DNA of 64,000 nucleotides from the human T2T-CHM13v2.0 reference genome, Homo sapiens: NCBI RefSeq assembly GCF_009914755.1, contig NC_060938.1; one strand, 5' to 3'. Shown piece by piece: positions 36,146 to 47,927 of this stretch (position 1 is its first letter; each line of letters starts with the position of its first letter). The notes under the pieces were generated by a model. It saw only the letters and a program-made list of their open reading frames with translations, ran no database searches and was not told where the DNA came from. The position numbers and the translations under genes were made by a program.

Positions 36146-36950
36146 GAGCCATAGTTTCAGCCTTGCTGTCTTCGTGTCTTACCCCTTCGTGGGGCTACAC
36201 ATTCTCTTCCTCATATTTTCATGCACACAAGTTAACAACTGAAAAAGCGTAGAGTCATGACCTTATTTATTTACAAGCACAGGATAAGTCCCTAACCTCC
36301 CCCAAAGACTGAGCAACCCTACCCAGCCCAGTTAAATACTGCAACTGGGGGGGTAAAAAAGGTCGGGAGGAGGAATTAAGGGAAATACAGGAATAGGGGA
36401 ACATATCCCACATTAAATAGTTATATACACATCAGTTCCTGTGGTTCTGTACAGAGCAGCGGCTGACCCCACCCCCACAGGACACAATGTGGGGAGAGGA
36501 GACTGAGGGTACTGAGGCCAGAGCCAACCTCTGGTGAAGTGCAATAGCAGCAGCAAAGTCCTAATGGTGCACAAGAGGGAGGGGAACCCCCAGGGCTACC
36601 CACCCCCACCCTGCCCTGGAATGTGTAAGGGACAGGAATGGCTCTCAGGGAGCACACAGGAAGGACAAGGCTGGAACCGTCTTCAGGGCCCAGTTTTAAG
36701 GGCAACGTTTTGCCTACTTCACCCTAGACACAGCAACCCTTGGAGGAAAGCAGATGGTCAGCAGTGCTCTTATCTGCCCCTCCAAACCTAAGTGAGGGCC
36801 TGGTTCCTTCCTACCTCTCCCCAGGGAAAAGGAAGGCAGCTGCTTGGCTTCCTTCTAGAAGCCCCGGGAGCCTTTAACTACCCCAGCTCCCTTCGTAGTG
36901 TCACTGTCCCCACCAGGGAGGGGCCAGGCACAGTCTGTGGGTCATCAGGC

Positions 36951-37094
36951 TCAGGAGAAGTTCTGGACAGGGTGGCTGACCTTCATACAGGCCCAATAAA
37001 GAGCCCGGCCCAAACACAGCACAGCCAACAGGATGACAAATGCCCAGGCTGCATAGATGCCTCCATATCGCCGTGCATGCTTCCATGTGCCAAA
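36951..37094 (-). CDS. PIP4P1: PIP4P1 terminal coding exon ([47 protein letters not shown], stop TGA = rc of 36951-36953). Total CDS is 834 nt (277 aa).
   Basis: Acceptor tcatcag | TTTGGCACATGG. Open frame runs to the stop. Confidence 0.88.
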   Translation of the reverse strand, partial: FGTWKHARRYGGIYAAWAFVILLAVLCLGRALYWACMKVSHPVQNFS

Positions 37095-37597
37095 CTGATG
37101 AAGATAAGGAGGGAGAAGAAAAGAAAGATGGGGTTAATGTTGGTCTCCACTACCTCCTATTAGTTCTAAGAACAGTAATAACTCACGCTTCAGTCCTTGT
37201 TCCTTATCCACATGTAGCCACCCTCAGGGACCTTCTTAAAGGCAGAGCTGATCAGCTTCCTTCCCTTAGGCGTAACATACTCATCCCATCCCACACTGTA
37301 TCTCAGTTTTTCTTAATATCTGACAACTGAGCCAGGTTTGAAAAATAGCAACTCTTAAATTAAGAATTTCACTGTCCTATCCTCATCCTACAGAGAAAGG
37401 AAGGCTGTTTTTCACTCTTGTAGTAGTAATAAAGTCTGTTTGATCAGCCACTTTGCACTTTAGCTCATCCATATCTTAAAACAAAACAAACTAGTCCCCC
37501 AAGTTTCTTCCACTTTTTTTTAGGGTAGCAGTTTCCCAAATCTTAGCCTATGGAGATGAGGCTGCAGAATGAAAGAGGTTGGGGCAAGGGTACTCAC

Positions 37598-37688
37598 GGC
37601 AAGGCCAGTGGCAGTGACTGCCAAAAGCAAGCCAAGCAAGAAGCAGCAGATACATCTCTTACGTGGGTATCTGCGCCCAATAGATGAC
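37598..37688 (-). CDS. PIP4P1: PIP4P1 coding exon 6 (VSSIGRRYPRKRCICCFLLGLLLAVTATGLA).
   Basis: Acceptor ccccacag | GTCATCTATTGGG. Donor CTTGCC | gtgagta. Confidence 0.88.
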
Positions 37689-37779
37689 CTGTGGGGAGGC
37701 AAATAGAAATGGATGCTTTCTATGGCCTTGTAGTTTTTACTCCATACATCAATTACCAGCTCAATCCCTAATCACTTAC

Positions 37780-37832
37780 ACTTTCCTGCAGTGAGGACAA
37801 CGTGCCAAAGTGCGGTCTGTGAACTCTGTCCA
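37780..37832 (-). CDS. PIP4P1: PIP4P1 coding exon 5 (WTEFTDRTLARCPHCRK + GT).
   Basis: Acceptor ctccatag | TGGACAGAG. Donor AAAGT | gtaagtg. Confidence 0.88.
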
Positions 37833-38019
37833 CTATGGAGAAAGAAAACAAAAATAATAGCACAAGCAGGGTCTCCCTCAATGAGAACCTTGGGGTGGGG
37901 ATGCAGAACATGTTCCCATAGGACAGACCTTTCAGGGGTCATTACCATTACTCTAAGAAATATACTCGAAATGACTCTTAGTCTCCTTTCCCCTCCCCTT
38001 CCCAATACCCCTTCCTCAC

Positions 38020-38125
38020 CAGAAAAGTATTCTTGCAATGTCCACAGATAACCCTGACACCCATGGGTTGGGGTTCTGGACTCAGAGGTCCGGGATGCAC
38101 AGGCCCCAGGTTGATGATTCTTTTG
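38020..38125 (-). CDS. PIP4P1: PIP4P1 coding exon 4 ([36 protein letters not shown]).
   Basis: Acceptor ttgtatag | CAAAAGAATC. Donor TTTCTG | gtgaggaag. Confidence 0.88.
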
Positions 38126-38583
38126 CTATACAAAAGAAAAAGACTTGTATTTTCAAACTTGTGTTTGAAAAATTTTTAATCCTAAAAATCTTCACAGTCC
38201 CTGTTCCACATCCCCCACTCCCTGTCTATTAAGTCACTCGACTTCTCTGTACTTAAGATACTCTGTCCCCCAACTGTATACCCTCAAGAATCCTTGAGAA
38301 AGAAAGAGCACTGTTTAAACTTCAGGTCCCCAATTCCCCTCCGACCTCAGGATAACACACCCAGTCCCCAAGGCTCTCTATTCTCCGAAACGACATCATT
38401 TCATCTCAATATTTTTATTGAGAAACGAGAAAGACAGCTATAACATTCCTGAGGCACATGCTTCAAAGCCTTTTCTCCTAAATAAACACTAGGCTCTCTC
38501 ACCTTTACATTCTCTGTATACGCTCATCCTTTTTTGACTTTCCAGTTCCCCACTTAGGCCCTTCCCCACCTTATGCCTCTTAC

Positions 38584-38690
38584 CAGTAGGGCCGAGGGCA
38601 TGCAATCCGTTGGGATGTCACTTTGCAGATAAGGAGACAGTTACAGGGGCATCGAACATATTTTTTCCCTGGGGGTGCATTCTTGATTGG
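38584..38690 (-). CDS. PIP4P1: PIP4P1 coding exon 3 ([35 protein letters not shown] + TG).
   Basis: Acceptor tctctag | CCAATCAAG. Donor CTACTG | gtaagagg. Confidence 0.88.
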
Positions 38691-39046
38691 CTAGAGAATA
38701 ATAGGGTCATCAGCAAGCAAACCTCTAATCCCAATCCCCTCCACTTCCCTCCAAAAACACTTTATGAGATCAGAAAAATAAGGTGCTAACCAGGAAGGAG
38801 AAATAAAAGAAAGACTATATCATGAGATTTGCAAATAGGAACTAGGCTAGGTGTAAAAGTGAGAGAAAGTGAACATTAGCTTTGGTGAGTGGCTTCTGGG
38901 GAAATGGCTGTGTGAGACACCTGGAACTGAAACCTGGGTATCATCAAAAGCACTTGGCTAATAGCCGGAAGGTCAGGGTCTAGAACCAAGACATCAGAAA
39001 GAGGATCCAGGAAACAGGGCCCATTTCATAGATATGTGTAACTCAC

Positions 39047-39237
39047 GGTGGCTTCATTGCAGACACCACATTTGACTACATGCTGATGCATCTTGCCTTC
39101 CACGTTGATGAGAGATTGGCAGACTCGGCAGGTGATCATAGGGGCACTCCCACTGTCCGGGCTAGTTAAGGGTGAATAGGGGGGTGGGTCCTCCCCAGGC
39201 AACACGGCTGGATGCCCCTCGGGAAACGGGGGAAATG
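39047..39237 (-). CDS. PIP4P1: PIP4P1 coding exon 2 ([64 protein letters not shown]).
   Basis: Acceptor ctctccag | CATTTCCCCCG. Donor GCCACC | gtgagtt. Confidence 0.88.
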
Positions 39238-39575
39238 CTGGAGAGGAAGCAAATAGAAGGGCTGGGATCACTTACACCCCCACTGATGCTCCACGGTGGT
39301 AGGGAAGTCCTTCTGATCTTCAACCCTCTGACCAAGCTCGGAGGGCTTCTCATAATTGGCACTTCTATCAGGTTGCTCAGAACCCCCTTCCGTCCCTAGG
39401 CTGTGGTCGCGATTACGGAGGGAAGGAAGCCTCGCCCAGTCACAGGTGCAGCAGTCCCGCACCTGGCGACTGGGACCCGCCTCCGCCCTCGGTCCCGCCC
39501 CCTCCCCGGCTTTCAGAGTACCCCGGGGAGCACCTCGGACCCGCCCCGGCTTACCCTGGGGCGGGGCATGTTTAC

Positions 39576-39717
39576 CGGCTCCGTACGGTGGTGCGGAGGG
39601 GGTCAGGCCTCCCCCGGGCCCAGCCCCACTCCCGCCGGGCCCCACTAAACCGTTGCCGCCCGCGCCACCGTCGATGGGCTCAGACAGCAGCGGGGAACGC
39701 TCTCCATCTGCCGCCAT
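39576..39717 (-). CDS. PIP4P1: PIP4P1 (TMEM55B) coding exon 1 (MAADGERSPLLSEPIDGGAGGNGLVGPGGSGAGPGGGLTPSAPPYGA + G). ATG is rc of 39715-39717.
   Basis: The reverse complement reads ATGGCGGCAGATGGAGAGCGTTCCCCG. Donor GCCG | gtaaac (GT = rc of 39574-39575). Confidence 0.88.
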
Positions 39718-40420
39718 GGCCGCCACCGCCGCCTCCCGCTCAGGTCGGCGATCCGGCTCCCTTCGCCTCTGCCGTCGCCGCAGCCACCGCCACCGCCGCC
39801 ACCGCCACCGCCGCTACCGGGTCCCCAGGGCGCCTGCGCGCCGCGCGCCCAGCTCACTCCGCAACCAGTGGCCTGCCCCGCCCCGTTCCGTCTAGCAGCA
39901 CGTGATAGGCTATCCCCGCCCGGGTCATGCTATTATTCGCGTAGATAAACCAATTCCTGGTCCTGTGAAGGCAGCTCTCCTTTTCCATTGGGGAGCGACG
40001 CACAAACGTCAACTGTCACATGACCTGCCAGATGCTGCTGGGCTTGCAAAACCTGCACGTGACTAGAGGTTCTGCAAGCTATTGGGAGCGACGCCCATCG
40101 CGCTACCTCCAGACCAGGAGGTAGGGCTAGGCTGCGTCTGCTCAACTGGTCACGTGTTTCTGGAAGCTGCACGGTCCCTGTTGCTCTGCTCCTCATTGGT
40201 TCAAAGACACCACTAAAACACTTTTCTCCGGCTTTGCGTTGTAGCTGGTTTCCTATTGGCTGGTGACTTTCCTTCTTTCGTCCTGTGATCCTAGCGGCGC
40301 AACTGCATTGGCCCGAACTTAGCGCCAGAACATGGGGGGCGTGGCTTATGCATTTTAAAGGAGGCTGGGCGGGTGCAATAAAGGAGTGCGGAAGCTTGGG
40401 ATCTTCTGAGCGGGGAGAAA
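39718..40420. promoter_or_regulatory. PIP4P1: PIP4P1 CpG-island promoter and 5'UTR. Contains a (GGTGGC)n repeat in the 5'UTR, a GC box (rc of 39875-39884), three CACGTG E-boxes resembling CLEAR elements (39899-39904, 40056-40061, 40151-40156) and four ATTGG (inverted CCAAT) boxes (about 39988, 40082, 40194, 40255).
   Basis: CpG-rich sequence immediately upstream of the minus-strand ATG at 39717. Motifs were read directly from the sequence. Confidence 0.65.
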
Positions 40421-40719
40421 ATGGACGGTGGGGAACAGTAGACAAAGTTAGCTGTTCTACTCAAAGAAGTACCTTTAAAAAGTCAGAGTAATGAGGTACC
40501 AGAAGGAAATGGATTAAAAAGTTAAGATTATCACTCCAGCCTTTGTCGCTAGAGTCACTTTCAGGACAGGACACAAGACTGGGTTTTCCTGGAAGCTGTC
40601 CTTACAGAGCCCCGTCTTTCCCCATTGCTGATCAAATTGTTAAATTATCTTTTCATTAGTGTCTCCACTACTAGAAGATTTCATCGTTTTACTAAAAAAA
40701 AAAAAAAAAAAATTCAATA

Positions 40720-40826
40720 GAGATGGGGTCTTGCCTATGCTGGACTCAAACTCCTGAGTTTGATCTCCTGCCTAAGCCTTCCCAGTAGCTGGGACTACAG
40801 GGACAAGCCACCGTGCCTTTACTCAG
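40720..40826 (-). mobile_element. Partial Alu / monomer, preceded by a poly-A tract at 40694-40713.
   Basis: AGAGATGGGGTCTTGCCTATGCTGGACTCAAACTCCTGAG...GCTGGGACTACAGGGACAAGCCACCGTGCC. Confidence 0.6.
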
Positions 40827-41629
40827 TTTTATGACCACCAACCTTTAACATACGCACAAGTTTGTAGATTGGATTAATCAAATACAAGGTTATTTTCGTC
40901 ACCTTATTTGACAGATGGGACAGTCTTTAGGCCTGTCTCAACTTTGCTTCCAGCAAAGGGGCAGTGCCTCCTCCCCTACCTGAAGTCTCGTGTGGTCTTT
41001 ATGGGCGCCTGAACCACACCTGGATTTTTTCCCAAGTCATAGCCCAAACTGGGACTGCTTTAAATATGGGAAGCAACAAGGAATTGATAAAAACAATAAA
41101 CCCCGAGGAGGTCCATTATCAGTTTGGCTAGCAGACTCTCCACTAAGAAAGGAAGTGCATCAAAGAAAGTACAGCCAGCCCCAAATATGTAATAACAAAG
41201 GAACTGCAGATGTCCCAGCACTTGGCTGCTACAGGGGCTGGAGACTTCACCTAGGTCCTGATTTTTTTAGACAGGGTTTTCTCAGGCCAACTTCTACTTG
41301 GAAGCTAGTAACCTTCGACCAGTTAGATAAGAGCCCCTAACAGACACTTAAAGAACTAAGGAAGCTCCAGATACAAAATAGGGAAGAGGTTGTAGCTCCA
41401 TAGAGGGAGGCCAGTCTGCTGCTTTTTCTGCTGTTTGTGGCACACAGATGCTCAAGCATTGTCTGGGGTTGGAGTAGGATCCATTATTTGCGCCCTAGTT
41501 ACACATATATTCCAAAAACTGTCCTAAAAATATTTTTTAAATATCTACACTTTGTGAAAGACACTCCTTAAAAAAGCTTACACTCTGGGTAGGGAGACAG
41601 AATAGTGTAAACATTGACAGTATAACATA

Positions 41630-41790
41630 TCAGGTCAGGAGTGGTGGCTCATGCCTGTAATCCCGGTGTTTTGGGAGGCTGAGGTGGAGGATTGCTTGAG
41701 CCCAGGAGTTCAAGGTTACAATGAGCCATGATCTAAACCTGGGCAACAGAGCAAGATCGTGTCTCAAAAAAAAAAAAAAAAAAAAGAAAA
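41630..41790 (+). mobile_element. Alu with an internal deletion (FLAM-like) and poly-A.
   Basis: GGTCAGGAGTGGTGGCTCATGCC... Confidence 0.65.
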
Positions 41791-42067
41791 TCAGCACTAG
41801 TATTTTATTACATGGAAAAATATCAATACTAGAAATTCATGATACAGCACATGCTTCATAATAAAAGAATTAAACAATGTAATTCAAGTTCAAGAAAAGA
41901 AGAGATCACTTCTAGCTAGAGCAGCCAGAGAAAACTTCTAAAACATAAAGAAAAATGAGTATTGTGCATGGATAACTAGGATCTGAGCTCTGTGTTGTTG
42001 AGTAGATCAATAGGCAGAAAAATGCAAAAAGTAATCATAATATTTGGAACTTGCTCACAGTTAATAA

Positions 42068-42349
<282 letters not shown>

Positions 42350-43192
42350 AATAAAGCACATTCATAGTTATATTCATTTTATTTCAGAACCCACTGTGAT
42401 GTGGACAGGGAAGGCAAGACTATATCTTTATTTTACAGATGTGGAAACTGAGGCTGTGTAAACTGGAGTCATTTAAGCTAAGTGACAGATTGAAATGGAG
42501 CTCTAAATCCCCGTCTTCTGACTTATGATCTAATATTTTACATTCAAATAATTTGATAGGTAGATTGAAAGGGACAGAAGCACAGAAGTGGCAGAGAGAA
42601 GGTGCTTGGGATGAGCCCCCTTTTATGCTAAATGCCTGGAACATAGAAGCTGCTTGATAGATGGCTCTCTAATTAATTAATGAAGTAACTTAAGCCCCAT
42701 CTTGGGATAAATTTGCTGGGTACTGAACAATATTGTTAGCTGCAGTTGCAAGCAGGGAGGATATTCAGCTGGGGCACTACAGGGTGGCTGGCATTGGTTG
42801 TTTATGGCGCCATTGGTTCTGATTGGTTGGTACCTGTATTTTACAGATAAGCCATTTTAATATTATCTCTGGTAAATATTGAGTGTCTCAGGTATTGCCT
42901 GATTTTTACCTATGGGGTGGGATCTTCTCACTTAGATTGAGAACAGTTAGGCTATTGAGGTGTATTAATTTGCTAGGACATAAAAAACACTATAGATAGC
43001 ATAAACGACAAACATTTATTTTCTCACAGCTCTGGAGTCTGGAAGCCCAAGATCAAGATATTGGCAGGTTTGCTTTCTCCTGAGGCTTCTCTCCTTAGCT
43101 TACAGATGGCCACCTTCTCACTGTGGCATAAATGGCCTTTTCTCTACACACATTTTTGCTTTCTCTTCCTCTTTCTCTTCTTTTTCCGTGCT

Positions 43193-43482
43193 TTTAGAGA
43201 CAGGGTCTCACTCTGTCACCCAGGCAGGAGTGCAGTGGTGCAGTCATAGTCTGTGGCGGCCTTGAACTCCTGGGCACAAGCAGTCCTGCCACCTCAGTCT
43301 CCCAAGTAGCTGGGATGACAGGTGCATGCCACCATGCCTAGCTAATATTTTAATTTTTTGTAGAGACAGGGTCTCACTATGTTGCCCAGGCTGGTCATTG
43401 GTCTCTAACTCCTGGGCTCAAGTGATCCTCTTGCTTTGGTGTCCAAATGCTGGGATTACAGGTGAGCACCACCCTGCCTGGC
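43193..43482 (-). mobile_element. Alu SINE.
   Basis: Alu consensus in minus orientation. Confidence 0.8.
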
Positions 43483-44146
43483 CTCTCTTCTTCTTATGAG
43501 AACAACAGTCTTATTGGATTGTGGCCCCACCATTATGACCTCATTTAAACTTAATTACCTTTTTAAAGGACTTATCTCCAAATATAGTCACAATGAGGAT
43601 TAGAGCGTCAATATAAGAATTTGGGGGAACACACTTCATTGTGTTATATAATAGAATAGATTTCAAAGCATTTTTTTCTTTAGATTTCCAACAAAGTGAT
43701 AACTAGTACAGTGTGTACATGGCCAGAGGATGGGGTGGAAAACATCTGCTTGGCTTCTATGACCCAAAGTGTCCCAATCTGATTTCTTTTTTTTCACATA
43801 TTCCACATGCCCTATTTCTTTTTTCCTCTTTCCTGAAGTGGTAATTTACCACCTGTGTGAAAACAACACAATCCCTTACTGCATTTCAAAGGCACAGAAA
43901 GTTTCTGGTAATGTGCAGAGTGAGTTAACTAAGACGAGGGGTAGTTTGCCGGGGGTTGGGTGGGATTGGGTAGGGTGTGACCTGGTTTTAAAGAATTAAT
44001 TTACGTTAATTACATTGGGACTTTGCTCCCTTGTGCTCCTTGCTCTTCCTGGGCCTCAGTTCTTTGCTCTTTCCTTTAGGGAATTCCTGGCTTCCCTTTC
44101 TAGGAGCCAAGGTCTTTGGAATAGAGGGTGGTAGGCCAGTCCTTTA

Positions 44147-44570
<424 letters not shown>

Positions 44571-44646
44571 ACCCTAAAATGTTTTAATTTCAGTAATTGG
44601 AGAAAATGGAAGACCAAAGATTATGGTGATAAGGGGAGTAGATATT

Positions 44647-44938
<292 letters not shown>

Positions 44939-46073
44939 AGGGATAGATATTTTTAAAACCGCATATTTAGCTTGTGATCTAGAGAGAATAAGAGATCTCA
45001 GTTGAGAGGGCAGGAATAAAATACGTTCCACAAGGCAATACTGAGTGACTTAGAACCTATTCCTGCCACTTTTTTTTAGTTTCCTTGATCTTGCGGGTGG
45101 AGGGTAAGTGTGTTACTAAGTATGTTCCTGGACAAGGAGTCCCTCTGAAGATAGAAGTGATGAGAAGATAGAAGAAAAGGTAATAAGGCATTAATGAACT
45201 CTAATCACACTAAGATTGATGATCGTCTGGTTCCTGTCTATAGGAATGCTACAGGAACTCTTTTACCCTAAAAGTAAATAATAAAGCACAGTTCCAGTTT
45301 CTTTTATGTGGATACAAGGTGGCAGTGACTAGAAAAGATAAGAACAGTGCTGTGCTCTAGCATAAAAACGTAATTATGCTATGCAATATGGTAGCCACTA
45401 ACCACATGTGACTATCGAGAAGTTACAATGTAATTAGTATGATTAGGTAACTGAATTATTTTTATTATATTTCATCTTAATTAATTTTATTACTTTTAAA
45501 TAGCCACACATGGCTAGTGCCTTCTGTTTTGAACAGTGTGGGATTCATTGGTATTGATAGGCTGGATATACCTCTAGTTTTTATTTTGATTCAATTTATG
45601 GTTAGGTGAGTCTAGAAAGAACAAAAGAGAAAGAGACAATGGAGATTAATCATAATAGCCAGCATTTAATGTGTGCTTATTATATATCCAGGCATTTACC
45701 TAAACATGTAAAAGGTATTCTGTATAATCCTTGCAAAAATACTAAGATTATTGCTATTTTACAGATGAAAAAATTGAAGCATAATAAGAATTTTACTTGC
45801 CTAGAATCACACGAGTAAATAAGGGGTGAAGATGGCATTCATACACAGGTAGTTTTATTAGAGCCCATTCATTTACACTACATAGATTCAGGAATGAGGT
45901 GGCATGGAGTGACTGGGGCCATGGTTCCCAAACTGTGCCAAAGTACAAGCTCACAAGGGTATTGTGGAATATTTTTAATTTTCAGAGGAAACACAGCAAT
46001 ATTTTATATTTCTTAAACACTGTGTGACCTATTAACTTGAGGTGATTCACAGTTGGAACATTAGATTGTGCTA

Positions 46074-46400
<327 letters not shown>

Positions 46401-46667
46401 AGACAACATATCTTTACAAAAGATGGTTTTAGAAGGTCCCTCTGATAAAAATTAAGTATTAAGTAAAAAAAAAAAGTACTGTGTAAAAATCAGCATGGAA
46501 CAGAAAATGAGGGTGGCAGCATTGGATTCCTGCATGTGAGAAGTTGAGTAGTGCCAAACAGATGTACATATCCCGTAAGTAACTGTTTGTGGTTATTTAA
46601 GAACGAAATTTTTTTTTCAATTTGTGTGCATTGTTATTTTCAAAGTGCTAGTAAGTTCTCAGGAACC

Positions 46668-46946
46668 AGCTACTCACTCTGTTGCCCAGGCTGGAGTGCA
46701 ATGGTGTGATCTCAGGTCACTGCAACCTCCACCTCCCGGGTTCAAGCCATTCTCCCTGCCTCAGCCTCCCAAGTAGCTGGGATTACAGGCGCCTGCCACC
46801 ACGCCCAGCTAATTTTTTGTATTTTTAGTACAGATGGGGTTTTGCCTTGTTGGCCAGGCTGGTCTCCGACACCTGACCTCAGGTGATCCACCCACCTCGG
46901 CCTCCCAAAGTGCTGGGATTACCGGCGTGAGCCACCGCGCCTGGCC
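46668..46946 (-). mobile_element. Alu SINE.
   Basis: Alu consensus in minus orientation. Confidence 0.85.
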
Positions 46947-46949
46947 TTT

Positions 46950-47044
46950 ATATATAAATTTTTTTTTAATTTTTTAAATTAAAAATTAAATGTAAATTTA
47001 ATGTAAAAATGTAAATTAAATGTAAAAATTAAATTGTAAATGTG
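46950..47044. repeat. AT-rich tandem / low-complexity repeat (TAAATGTAAAAAT-like units).
   Basis: aaatgtaaatttaatgtaaaaatgtaaattaaatgtaaaaattaaattgtaaatgtg. Confidence 0.7.
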
Positions 47045-47599
47045 GGCAGAAGTAATAGTTGTATTCTACCAAAGACACGCTATTTATGTTATATTCTGGT
47101 ACCCGTGTATTCCGATAACAGAATTTTCTTCGTGGGAGGAGTCCTCTAGTTACCTGAATTGCTTGGATCAATATTGCGCAGATCAAGGGATTATCTGTGT
47201 CCCTACCCACCAAATCCATCCTTATCCTTTCTGTCGGCATCTAGGACCCCGGAATTCTTGCCTGAGAACTTTTTCTTCTCCCGGTCTGGGCCTGGATGTG
47301 CTCTCCTAAACCCTGTATCCTCCAAGTTAGCACTGTTGCCGGGGGCGACCCAGCTTCCCTTGTCCAGGGAGCAACTCAGACACAGTCTCGCTTCATTTTT
47401 ATTCTGGGGTTGTACAATCTAAGGTATGAAATTTTTCCTTTTTGAATCTCTCACGGTTTGCTATTGACACAGCTGGAATGAGGTTGCAAGGAGAGGGCTG
47501 GGGGCTCTCCTCCCTACTTCTAGCCCTATTTCCGCATAGGCCTTCTTGCTGGGAACTCCTGCCCTGCGGACTGGAATGGGTACCGAGATGAAATGCTGG

Positions 47600-47916
47600 G
47601 TGCGCTCCGGCTCCCCCCGCCCGCCCCGGGGCAGAAGGTTTAGGGCTGGGAAGAACTCTGATTAGGTTTACAGCCCAGGTTCAGCCGATTGAATTAGGGT
47701 GTGTCACCATGGAGACAGGGCCGGCCCGCGTGCTCGCTTGCCATTGGCTGGGGACTCCAGGGCAAGGGATATAAGCCAGAGCCTAGACCAGTGAGCCAAC
47801 TGTGCGAACCAGACCCGGCAGCCTTGCTCAGTTCAGCATAGCGGAGCGGATCCGATCGGATCGGAGCGGATCGGAGCACACCGGAGCAGGCTCATCGAGA
47901 AGGCGTCTGCGAGACC
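47600..47916 (+). promoter_or_regulatory. PNP: PNP promoter and 5'UTR. Inverted CCAAT (gccATTGGctg, about 47742-47750), a TATA-like gatATAAgcc (about 47768-47777) and a 5'UTR tandem repeat (cggatcggag, 47845-47880) precede the ATG.
   Basis: CpG-rich block 47.45-48.2 kb directly 5' of the PNP ATG at 47917. Confidence 0.6.
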
Positions 47917-47927
47917 ATGGAGAACGG
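47917..47927 (+). CDS. PNP: PNP coding exon 1 (MEN + GG).
   Basis: ATGGAGAACGG | gtgagg. Confidence 0.9.

Noticed and set aside
39268-39726. 152-aa minus ORF beginning MAAMAADGERSP and continuing …PYGAGKHAPPQGKPG.
   Set aside because: The first M is a GTG. The true ATG is at 39717. Beyond 39576 the ORF reads into intron 1 (gtaaac donor).
39356-40445. ORFs 39356..39895 (+), 39403..39648 (+), 39588..39905 (+), 39645..39857 (-) and 39933..40445 (-).
   Set aside because: GC-rich CpG-island and antisense-frame artefacts overlapping PIP4P1 exon 1 and its promoter. Low-complexity Pro/Arg/Gly/Ala translation.
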